A stretch of DNA of 64,000 nucleotides. It comes from Patescibacteria group bacterium (lineage in GTDB: Bacteria; Patescibacteriota; Minisyncoccia; UBA6257; UBA9933). The notes beneath the pieces are model-generated. The model worked only from the letters and a program-made list of their open reading frames with translations, was not told where the DNA came from and searched no databases. Location: assembly GCA_038057075.1 (NCBI GenBank), contig JBBUDV010000006.1, positions 2,216-66,215 of the forward strand, read 5' to 3'. The translations under genes and the position numbers were made by a program. Below, piece by piece: positions 57,417 through 64,000 of this stretch (position 1 is its first letter; every line of letters starts with the position of its first letter).

Positions 57417-58415
57417 TTAATCTAACAGATATTTTTCTCTATTTTTGGCATGCTCGTCCAATGTTTTTGAAAATATCGTCTTTTTTGTTACAGGGTCTGA
57501 CAGATAATACCAGTATTCGGATTTTATCGGCTCTATCGCCGCTTTTATGGATTCTAAAGCGGGATTGCTTATCGGCATCGGCGGATATCCCAGATATATA
57601 TAGGTATTGAAAGTAGAATTAATTTTAAAATCCGCTTGGTTTAATCCGCAACCGGAAAATCTTCCGCCGCATTTCGCGTAAATCACAGTCGCGTCAATCT
57701 GGATAGGCATTCCGTTTCTTATTCTTTTTTCCAAAATTCCCGCGGCTATCTGACGTTCGCGATAATCGGGAATTTCTTTTTCCAAAAGAGAGGCCAGGAT
57801 TAATTTATTAAAAATATCATCATTTTCCAAAATACGCAAGTCCTTTCCGAAAACCAACGCCGTTTTCTCGCTAAAATTATCCAAAATTTTCTCCACAACA
57901 TCTTTGGGCTCGGAACCGACAAAAAATAAATAAGTGTCCGGAAATAAAAATCCTTCCAATGACTTTACTTTCGCCAAAAAAGAATACCGCTCTTTGAGCG
58001 TTTTGAAATCAAAATGGCTCAATTCTCCTTTTTTTAAAATTTTCAAATCGGCCATTTTGTCGTCAATCTCGTTGAGCGTCATTCCCGGAATCACTGTTAC
58101 GGAAACGATTTTAGGCCCGGCTGTCAAAATATCCACGATTTCCGGAATTGACTGCGAAAAATTAAGTTTATACGCCCCCGGTTTAAACCGAAACGATTTT
58201 CCGTTTAAAAAAGAAAAAAATTTAAAAACCCATTCCGATCTAATGAGATTTTTTGAATAAAGTTCGCCGGCTATTTCTTCCGCTCCCATACCTTGTTCAA
58301 TTTTTAAATCAATATGTTTTGCATTTCCCGTAATTGAAATTGGTTTTAATAATTGGATAAACACAATATTTACAATCACAAAAAATAAAATAACCCCTCC
58401 AAAAATAACCAACAT
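57417..58415 (-). CDS. mltG: Endolytic murein transglycosylase MltG/YceG-like
   Basis: YceG fold with N-terminal TM. The start is taken at M24 (MLVIFGG...) of the track ORF, because two stable hairpins sit in the upstream 69 nt. Confidence 0.65.
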   Translation of the reverse strand: MLVIFGGVILFFVIVNIVFIQLLKPISITGNAKHIDLKIEQGMGAEEIAGELYSKNLIRSEWVFKFFSFLNGKSFRFKPGAYKLNFSQSIPEIVDILTAGPKIVSVTVIPGMTLNEIDDKMADLKILKKGELSHFDFKTLKERYSFLAKVKSLEGFLFPDTYLFFVGSEPKDVVEKILDNFSEKTALVFGKDLRILENDDIFNKLILASLLEKEIPDYRERQIAAGILEKRIRNGMPIQIDATVIYAKCGGRFSGCGLNQADFKINSTFNTYIYLGYPPMPISNPALESIKAAIEPIKSEYWYYLSDPVTKKTIFSKTLDEHAKNREKYLLD

Positions 58416-58513
58416 TTTTTTATTCAATTGGAAATTGTCTCCCTGCGGGAGATGTCCCTTCGGGACAAAAATTGAAAAATTCATTGAAAATTAAAAATTT
58501 TAAATTAAAAATT

Positions 58514-59578
58514 CTATACTCTCCTAATCCTAATTGATTGAACCATCCCGATTAAAACAAATTCCGCTAAAATATGCGAACCGCCGTAGCTTAAAAACGG
58601 AAACGGCACTCCTATTACGGGCAGGAGACCTATATTTGAACCTGTATTAAAAATAAAATTAGCGAGAAAATAAATGGCTGCGCCCAAACATACAAACCTG
58701 TTAAAGTTATTTTTTTCGTCCATGCCGATAAAAACAATCCGAAAAACAGCGGCAATAAAAGCCGCTATTAAAAGAAAACCGGTTATTAAACCCCATTCTT
58801 CTATAACGGCGGCAAAAATAAAATCGGTCTGGGCTTCGGGCAAAAATCCAAGCTGAACCTGAGTCCCCTGCTTAAACCCTTTACCCAAAAACCCGGCTGA
58901 ACCAATCGCTATTTTTGACTGAATAACATTGTAGTTTATGCCCAAAACGTCGCGATTCGGGAAAAATAATCCCAAAATCCTTTCCTTTTGATAATTCTTC
59001 AAAACGCCATACCACATTGCCACGCCGAGAACCGCAAAAATAATCACGGCAATTGAAAGGTGACGCCAAGAAATTCCCGATACCAGCACAAATCCGAACC
59101 AGATAAAAAACAATAATAATATTGAACCCATATCCGGCTGAAGCGCGACAAGTCCGGCAGGGAGCGAGAAATAAACAAATGACTTCAATATCTTGGAAAC
59201 GCGCGCGATACTTTTATGTTCTTTCTTAAAAAAATTCGCCAAAATAATTATTAAAGCCAGGGCGGCGAATACCGATGTCTGAAAATGGAACGGCCCGATG
59301 GGAATCCAACTTTTGGCCCCCCTCACTTTCGGAGCCAAAATTAAAGTCAAAATCAAAAAGAAAATGGACAGCCAGTAAATTCCCCAAATTACCCATTTAT
59401 TATTAATGAACGAACGCCAGTCAAAATTAATAATCAAAGCCGCCAGAAAAATCCCCAAAACAAGCCAGATTAATTGTTTCCAAAACAAATCTATTCTCGC
59501 GCCCAGCAAACTTACCAGCCCAATCGCAACCAAAAATAAAACCGCAAAATTAAGTTTCCAATCGAGGTTACGAATCAT
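58514..59578 (-). CDS. SEDS-family peptidoglycan glycosyltransferase (FtsW/RodA)
   Basis: 354 aa with 10 TM segments and conserved SEDS loops. Confidence 0.85.
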   Translation of the reverse strand: MIRNLDWKLNFAVLFLVAIGLVSLLGARIDLFWKQLIWLVLGIFLAALIINFDWRSFINNKWVIWGIYWLSIFFLILTLILAPKVRGAKSWIPIGPFHFQTSVFAALALIIILANFFKKEHKSIARVSKILKSFVYFSLPAGLVALQPDMGSILLLFFIWFGFVLVSGISWRHLSIAVIIFAVLGVAMWYGVLKNYQKERILGLFFPNRDVLGINYNVIQSKIAIGSAGFLGKGFKQGTQVQLGFLPEAQTDFIFAAVIEEWGLITGFLLIAAFIAAVFRIVFIGMDEKNNFNRFVCLGAAIYFLANFIFNTGSNIGLLPVIGVPFPFLSYGGSHILAEFVLIGMVQSIRIRRV

Positions 59579-59604
59579 GAATTAAGAATAATGAATAATG
59601 AAGA

Positions 59605-59660
59605 TAAAATCAAAATACCCGCTGGTATAGCATACTATACCGGTGAAAAATTTTTATTAT
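59605..59660. terminator. Terminator hairpin(s) downstream of tsaD
   Basis: cccgctggtatag catac tataccggtg flanked by A/T runs; a second palindrome tgctatgtttaaacatagca at 59665-59682. Confidence 0.5.
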
Positions 59661-59712
59661 TTTTGCTATGTTTAAACATAGCAAAATGCCAAAACAAAAA
59701 CTTTTTTAAAAT

Positions 59713-60861
59713 TTATCCTATATTAAGATTTCCATTGGCAACTAATTTATATTTCTTCTTTCTCAAATGATTCACGTAAGCCGCAACGGCAATCATAGCG
59801 GCATTGTCTGTCGTAAATTTTTTTGACGGAGCAAAAAAATTAACTTTTAACTTTTCACTTTTAACTTTTAACTTAAAATAATTCCTCAAAGAATTATTTG
59901 AGGCTACTCCGCCGGAAATCATAATTGATTTTGCTTTATATTGTTCCGCGGCTCGCAATGTCTTTTTAATCAAAACATCAAAAGCCGCTCTCTGAAAACT
60001 GGCAGCGATATCAGCTCGCAACCGATCCGAAACTACAAATTTATCCGAATGCCCCAAATTTTCATTTAGAGTATTATGATATATTCGTAATTTAGAATCA
60101 CGTATATAATACAGAACCGATGTTTTTAATCCGGAAAAACTGAAATCAAAATTTTTCTGGTCCAGCATTGGGCGCGGAAATTTTATCGCGTCGGGATTGC
60201 CAAGCTTAGCAAGTTTTTCAATTTCCGGCCCTCCGGGATACGGCAAATTCAGAAGCCGCGCGACTTTATCAAATGCTTCGCCGACAGCGTCATCACGCGT
60301 TTCCCCGATTTTTTTTATTTTAGTCAGCGAATCCATTTTAACTAAAATCGTATGACCGCCGGAAATAATTAAGGCAATAGCAGGAAAATAATTGGTAATT
60401 TTATTTTTTTGATTAAGGAAAAAGGAATATAGGTGTCCGTCAAGGTGACTAACGCCTTGTAATTTAACTTTTAACTTTTCATTTTTAACTTTTAACTTTT
60501 TGCAAAGTTCCTTTGCAAAGCCGATTCCTGTCCAAAGAGCTGGCTCTAAACCAGGTCCAACGGTAACGGCGATTACGTCTGGAATTATGAATTTTGAATT
60601 ATGAATTATGGTTTTTTTATTCTTAATTTTTAATTCATGATTCATGATTCTTTTAAGAAGAATTGGTAAATTCTTTAGATGCTCTCGTTTGGCCAAATTA
60701 GGAACCACGCCGCCAAAAGGCGCATGAATCTTAATCTGCGACGCCACAAAATTCTTTAAAATTTTGAATTGTGGATTTCTCAAACCGCCTTTTGCTTCAA
60801 CTAACGCTATTGCCGTTTCGTCGCAACTCGTTTCAATAGCCAAAATTTTCATATTCTTCAT
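59713..60861 (-). CDS. tsaD: tRNA N6-adenosine threonylcarbamoyltransferase TsaD, with in-frame low-complexity insertions
   Basis: Kae1/TsaD motifs (ILAIETSCDETA, His-His metal site). Two extra LKVKxEKLKV segments. Confidence 0.85.
   Translation of the reverse strand: MKNMKILAIETSCDETAIALVEAKGGLRNPQFKILKNFVASQIKIHAPFGGVVPNLAKREHLKNLPILLKRIMNHELKIKNKKTIIHNSKFIIPDVIAVTVGPGLEPALWTGIGFAKELCKKLKVKNEKLKVKLQGVSHLDGHLYSFFLNQKNKITNYFPAIALIISGGHTILVKMDSLTKIKKIGETRDDAVGEAFDKVARLLNLPYPGGPEIEKLAKLGNPDAIKFPRPMLDQKNFDFSFSGLKTSVLYYIRDSKLRIYHNTLNENLGHSDKFVVSDRLRADIAASFQRAAFDVLIKKTLRAAEQYKAKSIMISGGVASNNSLRNYFKLKVKSEKLKVNFFAPSKKFTTDNAAMIAVAAYVNHLRKKKYKLVANGNLNIG
59842..59874. repeat. 33-bp repeat inside tsaD (copy 1)
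   Basis: aacttttaacttttcacttttaacttttaactt. Confidence 0.7.
60466..60498. repeat. 33-bp repeat inside tsaD (copy 2)
   Basis: aacttttaacttttcatttttaacttttaactt, 32 of 33 identical to copy 1. Confidence 0.7.
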
Positions 60862-60915
60862 TTTAAAATCTTACAGATAATTTTAATTTTTAAAAAGCCC
60901 ATTTTTTATTACATT

Positions 60916-61677
60916 TTAATTTTCGGCATTCTCCATCCCTTCTTCTTTTACTTTATTATTTTTTCTGTTTTCAAAACCATTTATACTCTTTGAATTTTCA
61001 TCAAAATTTTCTTTGTTTTCTTCCCTGTTTTCAACGCCTTTGATTTGTTTTTCTTTAATAACGTCACATTCTTTCTTAAATTCCGCTAACTTTTTTGAAC
61101 GTTTCCAAAACGTTTCCCCATCGCCGTTTGCTACGCTTCCCAATTCCAATTTACACAAACCGGAATAAACCTCTCCGTCTTCCATCTTTTCAATTTTATC
61201 CCTGAAATCTTCTTTTAATTTATCTTTTATTTTTTCCGCTTCTTCTTTTTCTCTGTCGGACTTTCCAACCGCCGATATCTTAATTTTCTCAATTTCCTTC
61301 ACCCGCCTTTCCGCGAATTTTTCATATAAAACAACCTTATTTTCATCAGAAGACAACGTTAATCTGACATTCTCGCTCAGTTTTTTAAACGGATACAGCG
61401 CGCTTTCCGGACCGACATTGTTTTGGTCGGCGTAAGCGGCGACTCCGCTTGTCGCAAACATCAAAGACGCGACAACGCCGCCCGCATATCTCAAAATCGG
61501 CCGATAAAACCCAATTTTAACTGCTTCTTTGGCCGGTGCCGTTTGAGCCCGCTCCACAACCGCGCTTAAAAACACGCCGCGGCTTTTATTCAAAAATTCT
61601 TTCTTCGGATTAAAAAATTTCCTTAGAAATTTTTTATAACCTCTATCTATTAATTTTTGTTTTATAAAATTAATCAT
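60916..61677 (-). CDS. Putative anti-sigma-factor-like membrane protein with DUF5667-like domain
   Basis: Single TM (GGVVASLMFATSGVAAYA), a GPESALYPFKKLSE motif shared with the 20722-21795 protein, and start/stop overlap with the ECF sigma gene. Confidence 0.45.
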   Translation of the reverse strand: MINFIKQKLIDRGYKKFLRKFFNPKKEFLNKSRGVFLSAVVERAQTAPAKEAVKIGFYRPILRYAGGVVASLMFATSGVAAYADQNNVGPESALYPFKKLSENVRLTLSSDENKVVLYEKFAERRVKEIEKIKISAVGKSDREKEEAEKIKDKLKEDFRDKIEKMEDGEVYSGLCKLELGSVANGDGETFWKRSKKLAEFKKECDVIKEKQIKGVENREENKENFDENSKSINGFENRKNNKVKEEGMENAEN

Positions 61678-62272
61678 GAATAGTGCTTCTGATTTTTTTA
61701 TTTAATCTATGGACGGCTACTCTTAAAGCTCCTTCGGATTTCCCCGCAATTTTACTCATTTCTTTATAGGATAAATCCGAAAGGTAATGAAGCGCGAAAA
61801 CCTCCTGTTCGTCTTCTCTAAAATTTTTAACCACTTCAAAAATTTCTTTCGCCGCCATTTTCACATGCGTTATATCTTTCGCTTTATGCAAATTTTCAAA
61901 TCCTTCGGGCATATCCGCGAAAACAACTTCTTTTTTATCTCTGTAATAATCAATCAAAGAATTTCTGGCAACCTGCCAAATCCATCCCGAAAAATTTCCC
62001 AATCCCTCGTCAAAAGTGTCAATTCTGGCCACGACTTTTAAAAAAACACCTTGAACCAAATCTTCGGCGCACGCCCGATTAAGAATTCTCGCCATAAAAA
62101 ATCTATATATCAAAGGACTGAAATAATTGAAAATTTTCTCTCCGGCTTTCTTGTCGCCTCTTTTCAATAAATCAGCCAGTTTGTTAAATTTATCTTTTTC
62201 AATATTTTTTTCTTTCATAAATAAATACGCAATAAAGATAAATATGTTACCAAAAAAGTCAACGCGCCGCAA
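61670..62272 (-). CDS. ECF-type RNA polymerase sigma factor (start possibly at M19, about 62218)
   Basis: Region 2 EDLVQGVFLKV...WIWQVARNSLIDYYR and region 4 HTH SYKEMSKIAGKSEGALRVAVHRL. Confidence 0.7.
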   Translation of the reverse strand: MRRVDFFGNIFIFIAYLFMKEKNIEKDKFNKLADLLKRGDKKAGEKIFNYFSPLIYRFFMARILNRACAEDLVQGVFLKVVARIDTFDEGLGNFSGWIWQVARNSLIDYYRDKKEVVFADMPEGFENLHKAKDITHVKMAAKEIFEVVKNFREDEQEVFALHYLSDLSYKEMSKIAGKSEGALRVAVHRLNKKIRSTIHD

Positions 62273-62280
62273 AAAATGAG

Positions 62281-62916
62281 CTAAATAATCTTATTTTTTA
62301 ACAAGGAATTCTTGATAATTTCAAAAATTTTTTGATGCCCGTTAGAATTTGGATGAAGTCCGTCTCCATCCAATAATTTTTTATGATTCCCCTTCTTAAA
62401 CTCGTTTAAAACGTCAATAAAAATCAAATCATTCTTTTCACAAACTGATTTAATTATTTTGTCATATTCTTCTATATATTCATTTTTATAACAAACAACT
62501 CCTTCTTTTGAATTGGTAATTTTTTCATCAACAGGCGTAAGCCCTATAAAAACAATTCTTTCGGAATATTTTTTCGCCAAAGTGATTATATATTGAAGAT
62601 TTTCCTTAAATTGGATTCTGGGAATAAAATTCTCGTCTTGATTCTTTAAAAATGCCGAGTCATTAACGCCAATGGCAATCAAGAAAATATCGCATTGTTC
62701 CGGAATTGTCCTTTGATATGTCTCAAATTCAAATCTGTTTAATAAGTTTTCCGAAGTATCGCCGTCAACGCCAAGATTATAAACTTCAATAAAATTATTA
62801 TCGCTTAAAAAATTCTGTTTCAAATAAACATCTAATCTATTGACCCACCCGCCCATCTCATCATCCCAAATTCCGTGTACAACACTATCTCCAAAAACAA
62901 ATAATTTTTTAGACAT
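62281..62916 (-). CDS. SGNH/GDSL-family hydrolase
   Basis: FGDSVVHG block I and DGLHPN block V. Confidence 0.7.
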   Translation of the reverse strand: MSKKLFVFGDSVVHGIWDDEMGGWVNRLDVYLKQNFLSDNNFIEVYNLGVDGDTSENLLNRFEFETYQRTIPEQCDIFLIAIGVNDSAFLKNQDENFIPRIQFKENLQYIITLAKKYSERIVFIGLTPVDEKITNSKEGVVCYKNEYIEEYDKIIKSVCEKNDLIFIDVLNEFKKGNHKKLLDGDGLHPNSNGHQKIFEIIKNSLLKNKII

Positions 62917-62935
62917 TGATTTATCCCGAATTCAT

Positions 62936-64000
62936 TTATTTGAGTTCTTTTTCCTTTTCAACAACCACCAAAGTAGTTTTTACGATAGTGTCCGGGTTTA
63001 AAGACATACTCTCAATTCCCTGTTCCACCAAAAACTCGGCGAATTCCGGATAATCCGAAGGCGCCTGACCGCAAATTCCGATATATTTTCCGCGAGATTT
63101 ACAAACTTTAATGACACTGGAAACCAAATCTTTAACCGATTGGTCTTTTTCATTGGCGATGCTTCTGATTTTTTCATTGCCATCCCTGTCTATGCCAACG
63201 GTTAATTGAGTCAAATCATTGGAACCGATGCTCATGCCGTCAAAAACATCCAAAAATTTATCCGCCAAAATTATATTTGAAGGGATTTCACACATAACCA
63301 TAATTTTCAAAGGATTTAATTTTTTATCGTTTTTTCGCAACCCGAATTTATCAATGATTTCAACAACTTTTTTCCCTTCTTCCGTTGTTCTACAAAACGG
63401 CACCATTACTTCAATATTATCAATTCCCATTTCTTCGCGGACTTTTTGAATTGCCCATAATTCCAAAATAAAAGCGTCTTTAAAATCGGGATGATAGTAT
63501 CTTGACGCGCCGCGCCAGCCGATCATCGGATTTTCTTCCTGTGGCTCATAAAGTTCCCCTCCAATCAAAGTTCTGTATTCATTTGTTTTAAAATCGGAAA
63601 ATCTTACAATTACCGGGTTTGGATAAAATGCCGCGCCGATTTTAGCGATTCCATAAGCAAGCTTATCAATATAAAATTGAATCTTGTCCGGATAACCGGC
63701 TGTTTTTTTATCTATTTCAGAAACAATATGTTTTTCTATTTTTGAATTTTTAGCTTTTAGCTTTTTATAGTTAATAAGCGCGTTCGGATGAATTCCGATA
63801 TTTCCGGCAATAATAAATTCCTCTCTCGCCAAACCGACTCCGTCATTTGGCAAAAATGATTTCTCAAATGCAGTGTCAGGCGTGGCGATATTCATCATTA
63901 TTTTTGTCTTTGGTTTGCCGATTTTTTTAATGTCATGTTCAATAACTTTAAACGATAAGGAATTTTCATAAATAATTCCCTCCGCTCCCGTAGTGTCAAC
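62936..64000 (-). CDS. ppsA: Phosphoenolpyruvate synthase / PEP-utilizing enzyme, C-terminal part; 5' end beyond window
   Basis: PEP-utilizers TIM-barrel motifs (DGVGLAREEF...). The reading frame stays open to the window edge (...VDTTGAEGIIYENS...). Confidence 0.65.
   Translation of the reverse strand, partial: VDTTGAEGIIYENSLSFKVIEHDIKKIGKPKTKIMMNIATPDTAFEKSFLPNDGVGLAREEFIIAGNIGIHPNALINYKKLKAKNSKIEKHIVSEIDKKTAGYPDKIQFYIDKLAYGIAKIGAAFYPNPVIVRFSDFKTNEYRTLIGGELYEPQEENPMIGWRGASRYYHPDFKDAFILELWAIQKVREEMGIDNIEVMVPFCRTTEEGKKVVEIIDKFGLRKNDKKLNPLKIMVMCEIPSNIILADKFLDVFDGMSIGSNDLTQLTVGIDRDGNEKIRSIANEKDQSVKDLVSSVIKVCKSRGKYIGICGQAPSDYPEFAEFLVEQGIESMSLNPDTIVKTTLVVVEKEKELK

Noticed and set aside
57398-57610. 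70-aa plus ORF in the rpoB upstream region overlapping the mltG 3' end
   Set aside because: It overlaps a well-supported minus-strand gene and the rpoB leader. No SD.
1-64000. CRISPR arrays, rRNA genes, integrase or transposase genes
   Set aside because: No regularly spaced direct repeats with unique spacers, no rRNA signatures, and no integrase/transposase-like ORFs were seen. The repeats present are dispersed short IR/palindromic families, not arrays.

Overview
The window reads as a low-GC, gene-dense bacterial chromosome segment with the hallmarks of a reduced Patescibacteria/CPR-like genome. That lineage call is an inference from short-form housekeeping proteins (IF-2 487 aa, PheT 678 aa, ProRS without an editing domain), DUF5667-type proteins, a type IV pilus locus and many small hypothetical ORFs. 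Core content, in order: a T4P gene block (pilB, pilC, four prepilin-leader proteins including an LVIVD beta-propeller pilin-like protein); a small sugar-scavenging cluster (ROK kinase, clan GH-A hydrolase, DMT transporter, DUF4015); FKBP, rhodanese and prmC; an RRM protein; a block of odd secreted or Cys-rich proteins (6x Cys-repeat protein, CAP/YkwD, two tiny Cys-rich ORFs); a DEAD-box helicase; hemerythrin, a DUF5667 coiled-coil protein and an M23 peptidase; an accessory island at about 22.7-28.7 kb bounded by two near-identical HTH+Doc toxin modules and ending at tRNA-Asn; pcm; dnaJ, dnaK, grpE; mreC, mreB; proS; tRNAs (Asn, Met, fMet, Leu, Cys, Ser); infB, rbfA; pheT, pheS; a GGDEF cyclase; htpX; rpsR, ssb, rpsF; rpoC, rpoB; mltG; a SEDS protein; tsaD; an ECF sigma with a DUF5667 anti-sigma-like partner; an SGNH hydrolase; and a partial ppsA. 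The most unusual signals are several families of short palindromic or inverted-repeat elements, some inserted in frame inside essential genes (fkbp, prmC, tsaD) and some sitting exactly at gene boundaries. There is also a 5-copy ~90-bp intergenic repeat always placed 5' of minus-strand genes, and two GC-rich structured non-coding regions (30.6 kb and 40.6-41.0 kb) that look like ncRNA genes. No CRISPR array, rRNA or obvious integrase/transposase was seen.
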